Virus record (IMG/VR): IMGVR_UViG_3300027021_000013
Location: 1 to 38,819 of that record
Length of the DNA: 38,819 nucleotides
From: a virus
Taxonomy: Duplodnaviria > Caudoviricetes
Direction: 5' to 3' (one strand)
Shown: positions 18,325-26,419 of the stretch, one piece after another
Position numbering within the stretch: position 1 is the stretch's first letter
How the letters are laid out: the number at the start of each line of letters is the position of its first letter
Translations under genes and position numbers: made by a program
Notes under the pieces: generated by a model
The model's input: only the letters and a program-made list of their open reading frames with translations
What the model was told of the DNA's origin: nothing
Database searches by the model: none

Positions 18325-18748
18325 GGGTAATCGCGGACACCGTACCATAAACGAAAATGAACCCAAATATGAACATACGCTTCCCCCGCCACCTCCGATA
18401 CTGGACGATGTCGGCGAAACGGAATGGAACCGGGCAGGCGCGATATTGCTCGGCTTCAAGGTGCTGACCGAAGCGGACTATGCGGTTTTTGCAGGTTACT
18501 GTTTTTCATATCAGGAGTGGATTCGGCTCTGCAAAATCATCCGCGAGAAAGACGTCGCTGCCATCATCCAAAAGACCCCTAACGGTCTCATGGTCGAAAG
18601 CGCGATATCAACTGCCGCCAGCAAGTATTACAAACAGATGATTCGGGGAGCTGTGGAACTCGGGTTGACGCCGTCCAGCAGAACAAAGATTGTGGCGGAC
18701 AACACGGGCGCTTTGAGTCCCTTTGAGCAGGATATGTTTGGATGCTAG
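18284..18748 (+). CDS. terS: Terminase small subunit, P27 family
   Basis: RPKPT..GNRGHR start and ELGLTPSSR end. Confidence 0.92.
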   Translation: MSRRPKPTGIRLVEGNRGHRTINENEPKYEHTLPPPPPILDDVGETEWNRAGAILLGFKVLTEADYAVFAGYCFSYQEWIRLCKIIREKDVAAIIQKTPNGLMVESAISTAASKYYKQMIRGAVELGLTPSSRTKIVADNTGALSPFEQDMFGC

Positions 18749-20427
18749 ACTATCTGAGCGCCGAACGCATCCACCAGTACGCCCGTGACGTGGCGGCGGG
18801 AAAGGTTGTCGCGGGCAAACGGACAAGGCAAGCGTGCCTTCGTCATCTCCGTGATATGGAGCGGCAAGGCACAGAGGATTTTCCATACGTGTTTGAATCA
18901 AACCTCGCAGAGAGGTTTTTTAAGTTCTCCATGCTGTGCCGTCATGTCAAAGGCGCTTTTGCAGGACAGCCCATCATCCTCTCGGACTTTTGGGCTTTCA
19001 CATGCGGCTCGCTGTTCGGCTGGGTGCATATGGACACGGGCGTGCGCCGGTTCAAAAAAGGCTATGTACGCGTCGGTCGTAAAAATGCGAAATCTACCAT
19101 CTGTTCGGTGATCGCCTTGTATGGTCTGTGCGCAGACCGGGAGCGCGGCGCGGAAGTTTACTGCACCGCAACGAAACGTGATCAGGCAAAAATCGTGTTC
19201 AATGACGCAAGCGCGATGGCGGCGGCTTCGCCTGATATCAAGAAACGTGTCAAAATCGGCAAGGCCCGGGTGCTGTCTCCATTTCTCGGCGGGAAAATGG
19301 AGGCGCTTTCAAAAGACACGAAAACGCTCGACGGTTTGAACCCGCACATCGCCATTATCGACGAATACCATGCGCACCCGACTTCGGAAATGTACGACGT
19401 TATTGCGTCGGGCATGGGACAACGAATCCAGCCGCTCCTGCTGGTCATCACGACCGCAGGGTTTTCGCTGTCATCTCCCTGCAAGGTTGAGGATGAATAT
19501 GCCGAGCAGATCATAGAAGGCACGCTGGTTAACGACAACTATTTTGCGATTATCGCGCAGCTTGACGGCGAAGGCGAGATTCATGACGAAACCTGCTGGA
19601 TAAAAGCGAACCCGCTTCTCGCGGACTCGGACGCGGGTATGGAATACCTTAGAGGTGAGTATGCGCTGGCGCGGGACGTTCCCGAAAAATGGCGCAACTT
19701 CATCACAAAAAACATGAACCTGTGGCTTGCCGTACGGCAGAACGGTTACATGGACATGGAAGCGTGGGAAGCATGCGCAGGCATAATTCCTGCCGATCTC
19801 AAAGAATGCGTCGTCGGCGTTGATTTGTCGGCAAAAATCGACTTAACGAGTATCACTTTCGAATTTAAGCGGGGCACGAAATACTACATTCATTCACACT
19901 CATTGATGCCCCGTGACAGATTCGAGAAAGCAATAAAACAGGATAAGGTTCCGTATGACTTGTGGGAGCGCGAAGGCTGGCTGACCGTCACGGACGGCGC
20001 GGTGGTCGATTACCGCGCGATCACGGCATATATTCACGAAAAAGAACTGGAATGCGGCTGGGTGGTTCGGGAGATTGCTTTTGACCCATACAATGCGACC
20101 CAGTGGGCAAATGAGATGCGCGACGAAGGATATGTGGTGGTGCAATTACGGCAAGGCATCCCGACGCTCGGCGCTCCGACCTCTGATTTCCGCGATCAAG
20201 TCCTATCAAAAAATGTGGTTCATGATGGAAGCCCGCTTCTCGGCTGGGCTTTTTCAAATTCCGTGACCCGTACGGACGCGAATCTGAACATCATGCTCGA
20301 CAAGAGCAAAGCAACAGAGCGTATCGACCCTGCGGCGGCGACAATCGATGCGCACGCCCGGGCGATGGTCTGGGAGGAACACATCGATTTCAACGCGCAC
20401 ATTCAATCGGGAGGTTGGAGCTTATGA
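18742..20427 (+). CDS. terL: Terminase large subunit
   Basis: GRKNAKS, IDEYH, ITTAG, GVDLS, FDPYN, RIDP. Confidence 0.96.
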   Translation: MLDYLSAERIHQYARDVAAGKVVAGKRTRQACLRHLRDMERQGTEDFPYVFESNLAERFFKFSMLCRHVKGAFAGQPIILSDFWAFTCGSLFGWVHMDTGVRRFKKGYVRVGRKNAKSTICSVIALYGLCADRERGAEVYCTATKRDQAKIVFNDASAMAAASPDIKKRVKIGKARVLSPFLGGKMEALSKDTKTLDGLNPHIAIIDEYHAHPTSEMYDVIASGMGQRIQPLLLVITTAGFSLSSPCKVEDEYAEQIIEGTLVNDNYFAIIAQLDGEGEIHDETCWIKANPLLADSDAGMEYLRGEYALARDVPEKWRNFITKNMNLWLAVRQNGYMDMEAWEACAGIIPADLKECVVGVDLSAKIDLTSITFEFKRGTKYYIHSHSLMPRDRFEKAIKQDKVPYDLWEREGWLTVTDGAVVDYRAITAYIHEKELECGWVVREIAFDPYNATQWANEMRDEGYVVVQLRQGIPTLGAPTSDFRDQVLSKNVVHDGSPLLGWAFSNSVTRTDANLNIMLDKSKATERIDPAAATIDAHARAMVWEEHIDFNAHIQSGGWSL

Positions 20428-20612
20428 GCAAATTTAAACGAAAATGCAAACGATTTTTTTCAATATATCTTGATGATCTGCTCATTTTAAGCGGTGTCGG
20501 GTGCTTAAGCGTGGGCGGATTTGTGCTGCACACGGCTGCGGGCCTCGGCGTGCTCGGTACGGGGCTGATCGGTTTCGGCATTCTCGCCGCACGGGGAGGC
20601 GGTCGAAGATGA
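20424..20612 (+). CDS. Small membrane protein between terL and portal
   Basis: Basic N-terminus, LDD, two hydrophobic stretches; ATGA overlaps at both ends. Confidence 0.75.
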   Translation: MSKFKRKCKRFFSIYLDDLLILSGVGCLSVGGFVLHTAAGLGVLGTGLIGFGILAARGGGRR

Positions 20613-21832
20613 TTGCAAGACGCGGGTTAATGCGGCTTAAAAACGAAACGGTCATGACGCTCCAGTCCACGGACGGCTGGCTTGATAACTTCTCTATCTC
20701 TCCCGAAAGCGTGAACGCAGAAAAGTCTCTTGAACTATCTCCGGTTCATGCGGCAGTTCGGGTGGTATCGGACTCTGTGGGAAAACTGCCCGCTCATGTG
20801 TTCAAACCAACAGAGCAAGGCAGAGAGATTCAGCGCGATCACTCGATACACTGGCTATTGAATGTCAGACCCAATGAAGCCATGACCCCGATGATGCTCA
20901 AAAAAGCGGCAACGGTGTGTCAGATGTTATACGGAAACGCGTATATTGCGGTGCGGTACAACACAAGAGGCAAACCGCAGGAACTTCTGCTCATGCCGAG
21001 CGAGGGTGCTGCCATCGCCCGCAACGAAAAAGACGACCTGTTTTATACGTTCAACGTGAACGGAAAACAGCGCACGCTTCGCGGAAGCGACGTTATTCAC
21101 CTGCCGTGGGTAACCACTGACGGTATCGTCGGCAAAGGGCTTCTTAACTACGCGAAGCAGACCATATCGACCGATCTCTTGGCGCAGAAATACGCGGGCA
21201 AATTCTACAGCAACGGCGCACGGCCCAGCGGTATCGTGGAAGTCCCCACCGAAGCGAACAAGGACTCAAAGGAAATCATTCGCGGTGAGTTCGAGCGGAT
21301 GGTCAGCGGCGTGGACAATGCGTTCCGCGTGGCGGTGCTTGATCTTGGTATGAAATACACGCAGATGGGTTTGCCGCAGAAAGATGCGCAGTTTATCGAG
21401 AGCCGTGGTTTCACAGTCGAGGAAGTGGCTAGGTTCACAGGCGTGCCGCTCTATAAACTGCAGACCGGCAAACAGTCTTACCAGAGCAACGAACAGCAAG
21501 GGCTCGACTACGTGATGAACACTTTGCAGCCCATCATCACTCAGTGGGAACAGGAAATCGGGTACAAGCTTTTTATGTCGCGGGAGCTCAAAGAAGGATG
21601 TTACCTGCGTTTCAATATGGCGGCCGAAATGAGAGCCGACAACGAGAGCCGTTCGCGGTTCTATGAAGCGATGCTCCGAAACGGCATCTATTCCATCAAC
21701 GAATGCCGGGCCTTTGAGGAAATGAACACAATCGAAGGCGGCGACGAGCATTTCATCACGCGCAATTACACCACGCTCTCGCTCGCCATAAAGGGTGAAA
21801 ACGGCTCGCAGAAAGGAGTCACAGAAGATTGA
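20609..21832 (+). CDS. Portal protein, HK97 family
   Basis: RPNEAMT, YGNAY, NGARPSG, DAQFIE, SINECR; RBS GGAGG before ATG 20609. Confidence 0.95.
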   Translation: MIARRGLMRLKNETVMTLQSTDGWLDNFSISPESVNAEKSLELSPVHAAVRVVSDSVGKLPAHVFKPTEQGREIQRDHSIHWLLNVRPNEAMTPMMLKKAATVCQMLYGNAYIAVRYNTRGKPQELLLMPSEGAAIARNEKDDLFYTFNVNGKQRTLRGSDVIHLPWVTTDGIVGKGLLNYAKQTISTDLLAQKYAGKFYSNGARPSGIVEVPTEANKDSKEIIRGEFERMVSGVDNAFRVAVLDLGMKYTQMGLPQKDAQFIESRGFTVEEVARFTGVPLYKLQTGKQSYQSNEQQGLDYVMNTLQPIITQWEQEIGYKLFMSRELKEGCYLRFNMAAEMRADNESRSRFYEAMLRNGIYSINECRAFEEMNTIEGGDEHFITRNYTTLSLAIKGENGSQKGVTED

Positions 21833-22536
21833 AAAAAGACAACCGGTTTTGGATCTGGAACAAGACGAGCGATGCATCCGCAGAGCTCTTTTTGTTTGGC
21901 GTCTTGTCAAACGTGACATGGTTCGATGACGACGTCACGCCCAAGGCATTCAGCGACGAACTCAAAGCACTCGGGGAACTTGAAGAAATCGTCGTCAGGG
22001 TCAACAGTCCGGGCGGCGACGTGTTCGCGGCTATTTCAATCAGCGGGATGCTGCGCGACAACCCCGCCCGGATCATCGCACAGGTCGACGGGCTGTGCGC
22101 ATCGGCGGCCACGCTGGTCATGGCGAATGCGGATGTTGTGCGCGTCAGTCCCGAGTCGATGATCATGATTCACGATCCCATGAGTTCGGCAAGCGGTACT
22201 GCCGAAACGATGGACAGAGCGGCGGCGTTCCTGCGAAAAGCCAAAGAAAACATCATTGACGTGTATGAACGGCGTACCGGGATTGCCCGAGATGAGCTCG
22301 CACAGATGATGGCAGACGAAACATGGCTCAACGGTGCGGAAGCCGTCGAGCTAAAATTCGCCGATGAGCTGACCGAGGGGTTCTTGGGTGCGACGGCACA
22401 GCTTGGCGCGACCTCTTGGAACATGGCGGCACTCAGGGCGTCTATCGCGGAAAAAACGCGAAAGCGCGAATCAAAGCCAGCGGAACCCGATCTTGGACTG
22501 TTGGCAGCTGAACTTGACTTACTCACATTGTGTTAG
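21829..22536 (+). CDS. ClpP-like prohead protease
   Basis: VNSPGGDV, CASAA, MIHDP, ETWL; TTG start with AAAGGAG. Confidence 0.95.
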   Translation: MKKDNRFWIWNKTSDASAELFLFGVLSNVTWFDDDVTPKAFSDELKALGELEEIVVRVNSPGGDVFAAISISGMLRDNPARIIAQVDGLCASAATLVMANADVVRVSPESMIMIHDPMSSASGTAETMDRAAAFLRKAKENIIDVYERRTGIARDELAQMMADETWLNGAEAVELKFADELTEGFLGATAQLGATSWNMAALRASIAEKTRKRESKPAEPDLGLLAAELDLLTLC

Positions 22537-22545
22537 GAGGAACAT

Positions 22546-23757
22546 ATGAACAAAGAAATCCGTGAAATGCTCGATCAGAAAGCGAAACTGGTCGACGAAG
22601 CAAAGGCGCTTCTTGAGGCGAAAAAGACCGCTGATCTCAAAGCAAAGAACTCTGAAATCGCAGAACTCAATGACCGTATTGAAGCGGCGCAGGCCCTTGA
22701 AGCACAGGCGGCAAGAGGCGCGGTCGAGGAATTGACCAAAGACGAAGCTGACGCAGCGGCAGCGGCAGAAGCATCGAGGGCTGAAAAACTCGAAGCCATC
22801 AGAAAAACACCCGAGTATAAAAACGCATGGATTCACGCTATCCGCAACCACGCGCAGGTGAAGGACGTCATGACCGTGCAGGGATACACCCCGCTCCGCA
22901 ATGCGCTGACGATCACGGGCGGTGAAACCGTCGGTGAAGACGGCGGCTTTCTCGTACCCATCGAGTTTGACAACATGATATGGGAACTGCGCCGTGCCTA
23001 TACTGCACTGGCCGATCTTGTCACGATTGAAACCGTGAGCGGATACAGCGGCTGGCGTGCAGTTGAAAAGTCGGCGAACACAACAGGCTTTGCAAGTCTC
23101 ACGGAAGCGAACCCGATCCCCGAGACCGACCAGCCGAAGTTTGTGAAGATCCCATATGCGCTCAGCGGCTACGGCGGTTTGATTGAGGTGTCAAATGATC
23201 TATTAAGTGACTCTTCCGTGGCCCTGATGCAGTATCTCGGAAAATGGTTTGCACGCAAATCGGTGCTGACTGAAAATGCCCTTATTTTGAACCTGCTTAA
23301 GGGACTCGTTCCCGTGCCGTACGACGAATCTAAGGAAATCGCGCCGCTTAAAACGATCCTTAACAAAACGCTCGACCCGGCTATTTCTGCACGGGCTGTC
23401 ATTCTGACGAATCAGAACGGCTGGGATTTCCTCGACCAGCAGATCGGTGCGGACGGCAGACCACTGCTCCAGCCCGACGTCACGAACCCGACCCAGTATA
23501 AGGTTCTCGGAAGACGCGTCGTCCCCGTGTCAAACGCACTCATGCCCGATACTGCCGGTGGCATTCCGTTGTTCGTGGGCGACTTGACGGAGTTCATCGA
23601 CCTGTTCAGACGCAGTGCGCTTGAGATGGCATCCACGAACGTAGGCGGCTCGGCGTTTGCCAACGCGACCACGCTGGTTCGCGGTATAACGAGACTCGAC
23701 TGCAAAGAGATTGACGCTTCGTCTGTCGTGTTCGCAGAGATTCAGACGGTCGCGTAA
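22546..23757 (+). CDS. Major capsid protein, HK97 fold
   Basis: N-terminal coiled-coil delta domain, DGGFLVP, SNDLL; RBS AGGAGG. Confidence 0.95.
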   Translation: MNKEIREMLDQKAKLVDEAKALLEAKKTADLKAKNSEIAELNDRIEAAQALEAQAARGAVEELTKDEADAAAAAEASRAEKLEAIRKTPEYKNAWIHAIRNHAQVKDVMTVQGYTPLRNALTITGGETVGEDGGFLVPIEFDNMIWELRRAYTALADLVTIETVSGYSGWRAVEKSANTTGFASLTEANPIPETDQPKFVKIPYALSGYGGLIEVSNDLLSDSSVALMQYLGKWFARKSVLTENALILNLLKGLVPVPYDESKEIAPLKTILNKTLDPAISARAVILTNQNGWDFLDQQIGADGRPLLQPDVTNPTQYKVLGRRVVPVSNALMPDTAGGIPLFVGDLTEFIDLFRRSALEMASTNVGGSAFANATTLVRGITRLDCKEIDASSVVFAEIQTVA

Positions 23758-23775
23758 CGATTCTGGAGGCTTGAT

Positions 23776-23922
23776 ATGGGACTGATGTGGCATCCGCCGA
23801 GAAATGAACCTGAGACGCCCAAGTCCGAGGACGGCGAGCGGCAAGCGACGGAACAGCCCGAGGAGGTGATCACCGTTGGCGGTAGTGACTCTGCAGCAAG
23901 CGATGAACCGGCTAAGGCTTGA
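23776..23922 (+). CDS. 48-aa acidic small protein (not in the ORF track)
   Basis: GGAGG at 23765-23769, ATG 23776, TGA 23920-23922; MGLMWHPPRNEPETPK...EPAKA. Confidence 0.55.
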   Translation: MGLMWHPPRNEPETPKSEDGERQATEQPEEVITVGGSDSAASDEPAKA

Positions 23923-24163
23923 CGAGGGCGTGCCGACGAATGACCTATCGGGTGTGCTCGCGGCGGCAGAATCGTTTGTCGAGCAAGGCATCGGCAGAAA
24001 ACTGTCGGCTGACAAGCCTCTTGACGTTGAAGCCGTGCTGATGCTCACGGCGGCATGGTACGTCACGGGCGACGGCAGCGCGGAGATGCAGACAGCGGCG
24101 GCTCGTGCGTTCACGGCGGTGATGAAGCAGCTAAAATACGCGTCCCCTGTGGAGGCAGTCTGA
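23876..24163 (+). CDS. Head-tail connector (gp6-like)
   Basis: VTLQQAM..LRLD, AAESFV, AVLMLTAAWY; RBS AGGAGGTG before TTG. Confidence 0.85.
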   Translation: MAVVTLQQAMNRLRLDEGVPTNDLSGVLAAAESFVEQGIGRKLSADKPLDVEAVLMLTAAWYVTGDGSAEMQTAAARAFTAVMKQLKYASPVEAV

Positions 24164-24516
24164 TGCCGGGAAAAAAGTTCAACCCAACCGGATATAACCG
24201 TCGCGTCACCGTCCAAACCCGAACTGTGGTTAATGGTGAATCGGTATGGTATGCGGACGATTCATATGATGTGTGGGCTTGCGTCTCTCCGTTTCGCGGT
24301 CGGGAGTACATCGCGGCTGGAGCGCTGTCCGCACCCGAGATTATCACAGTCAAGACATGGTATCGAGACAATGTGAATGCCGAGGACAATCGGCTGGTGT
24401 ACGGCGGCAAGGTGTTCAACATTGAAAACGTTGTGGACGTGGACGCGGCACATCGCGAGATGGAACTGACATGCACGGAAGAAATCGGCGCGGTTATGGC
24501 CATCCCCCGACCGTAA
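24163..24516 (+). CDS. Head closure/head-tail adaptor (SPP1 gp16-like)
   Basis: RRVTVQ, VWACVSP..GRE, GKVFNI, MELTC; TGATG overlap. Confidence 0.88.
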   Translation: MPGKKFNPTGYNRRVTVQTRTVVNGESVWYADDSYDVWACVSPFRGREYIAAGALSAPEIITVKTWYRDNVNAEDNRLVYGGKVFNIENVVDVDAAHREMELTCTEEIGAVMAIPRP

Positions 24517-24528
24517 GGAGGTGCTCGC

Positions 24529-24924
24529 ATGAGGATTAACATGCAGGCGTTCGGATACGAACAAATTGAGAAAATGCTTCGCGATATGAGCTCGGGGCGA
24601 GATGAATGGGAAGACAAAGCGCTGATAGCGGGCGCGAAAGTGCTGGAAGCGGCGCTCAAGGCGCTCCCATCTCCGCGTTCAAAGGGCAAAAGCCGAAACC
24701 CGAAAGGACATATGCTCGACCATGCGCGGCACTTAAAACCGACCGTTATTTGTGCCGGAAAGTCGATAGAAACAGGCATCCAGCTTAAATATCGTGACGG
24801 ATTTGCGTATGCGCCTATTGTTGAGCGGCGAAAACCGTTCTTTATCCAGACCTTCAATTCCACAGCAGACCAGCAGATCGAAGCGATGGTCGGTGAGATC
24901 AGGAAAGGACTGAGCGTGAAATGA
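24529..24924 (+). CDS. HK97 gp10-like neck/tail protein
   Basis: Position; ALIAGA and KPFFIQTF patterns. Confidence 0.72.
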   Translation: MRINMQAFGYEQIEKMLRDMSSGRDEWEDKALIAGAKVLEAALKALPSPRSKGKSRNPKGHMLDHARHLKPTVICAGKSIETGIQLKYRDGFAYAPIVERRKPFFIQTFNSTADQQIEAMVGEIRKGLSVK

Positions 24925-25295
24925 TAGACGTTCGGACAGACGTCGTGAACCTGCTAAAAAGCGATGCGGCAGTTAAGGCGATTGCGGGCACGGCTGTGTA
25001 TCAAGTCACAGCAACAGACCCGTCAAAGTTCCCGCGCATCGTGATTCGGGAAGTCGCGAATGCACCTGCGCCGCGTTTCGATGGCAACGGATACGAAGGG
25101 ATCGTTGATATCCGCGTGTGGTTCTGGGCAAAGTCCTACGACCACTTTTTTGGTTTGGAGGCGGGCATCGACGAAGCGATGGTCAGCGACAAATGGACAC
25201 GCATCAGCGTGTCCGAGGATAACTACCTCGATACCGAAAACGCGTATGAAAAAAGCATCGTTTACCGAAAGAAATACTTTCATCCAAATAAATAA
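24921..25295 (+). CDS. Tail terminator/completion protein
   Basis: Position before the tail tube; FPRIV pattern; 124 aa. Confidence 0.72.
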   Translation: MIDVRTDVVNLLKSDAAVKAIAGTAVYQVTATDPSKFPRIVIREVANAPAPRFDGNGYEGIVDIRVWFWAKSYDHFFGLEAGIDEAMVSDKWTRISVSEDNYLDTENAYEKSIVYRKKYFHPNK

Positions 25296-25316
25296 CGAAA
25301 AGAGAGGTGCATTTCA

Positions 25317-25910
25317 ATGCCTAATGTTGTGAATCCGGGCACGGGTCTTCGAGGCTTTGTCATGTCGAAAATCACGGTTGATCCCGTGACGAACGTTCCG
25401 ACATACGACCCTGTGGAAAGCATACCGTACGCCCGCGCTCTTAACTATGACGAAGGCGTCAAAAGCGGCTCGCTGTGGGGAGACGGCAAACCCGCATTCA
25501 TAAAGCGAAAACGCGGTGATCAGGAAATAGAACTCGAAGTCGCCGGGCTGTCTATGGCGCAGGAGGCGGCGATGTTCGGCGCGACCACAGATGCAACGAC
25601 CGGGTACGTCACCGAATCCGTGGATGATACGCCGCCTTGGTTCGCGCTCGGCTGGATTGAAGAACTGCCCGATGACACCATCCGGTGCTACTGGGCTTTG
25701 TGGGGCGAGTTCGAACCTTCCGGTGAAGAATACGAAACCTATCAGGGCGAGATTGCTTTCAAAACCCGGAAGGTTAAGTTTAAGGGGATGCCGCGTCCTA
25801 TTGACGGCAAACTGCGTTTGAAAGCCGACGAGAACGAACTGAACGGCGGCACACTGGACACGTTTTTCTCTGACGCGACGCTCAACGCGACGTTGCCTGC
25901 GGCGGTGTAG
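25317..25910 (+). CDS. Major tail (tube) protein, phi13-like
   Basis: GLRG, LWGDG, PPWFALG; position and size. Confidence 0.88.
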   Translation: MPNVVNPGTGLRGFVMSKITVDPVTNVPTYDPVESIPYARALNYDEGVKSGSLWGDGKPAFIKRKRGDQEIELEVAGLSMAQEAAMFGATTDATTGYVTESVDDTPPWFALGWIEELPDDTIRCYWALWGEFEPSGEEYETYQGEIAFKTRKVKFKGMPRPIDGKLRLKADENELNGGTLDTFFSDATLNATLPAAV

Positions 25911-25913
25911 CGT

Positions 25914-26264
25914 ATGAGCGTAAAAGCATTCGACCTGAAGATGAAAGGCGTGCCCATCACGCTCGACAAACCACGTTCACTTTTATATACACTCTATGGT
26001 TTGTCGGAACTACAGGAGGCTGTCGGCTCTTTTGATGACATGATGGAGCGGCTCAACCAACCCGAGCCGCGATTCAAAGACGTATATCTCCTGCTGTGGG
26101 CGGGGCTGGTGCATGAAGACGATAACCTCACACCGAAGCAAGTGGCGAACATGATAGACCTTGCCGACGTTAAGCGGGTGCTGGGGCTCGCGATGGATGC
26201 GTTCACGGCGGCTCTGCCAGACCAAAACCCCACGGAAGCCGCACCAGCGGGGACACAGGAGTAA
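25914..26264 (+). CDS. Tail assembly chaperone (gpG-like)
   Basis: ITLDKPR, LWAGLVHED; between tube and tape measure genes. Confidence 0.85.
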   Translation: MSVKAFDLKMKGVPITLDKPRSLLYTLYGLSELQEAVGSFDDMMERLNQPEPRFKDVYLLLWAGLVHEDDNLTPKQVANMIDLADVKRVLGLAMDAFTAALPDQNPTEAAPAGTQE

Positions 26265-26416
26265 GCGGCACAGAGCAGGACGATGATATCGCAGTCCTGT
26301 TTTTTTATGCCACTCAGGTGTTGAAGGTGCGGCGTGATGAGGCTTGGGTACTGACGCCCCGCTATATATCAGCGCTCATGGAACTGCGCAGGAACCATAT
26401 GCCAAGGGAGGTGTAA
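25914..26416 (+). CDS. Tail assembly chaperone gpGT-like, via programmed -1 frameshift at 26225-26231
   Basis: In-frame slippery heptamer A AAC CCC; the -1 frame is open to TAA 26414-26416 and encodes EAWVLTPRYISAL. Confidence 0.8.
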
Positions 26417-26419
26417 TGT

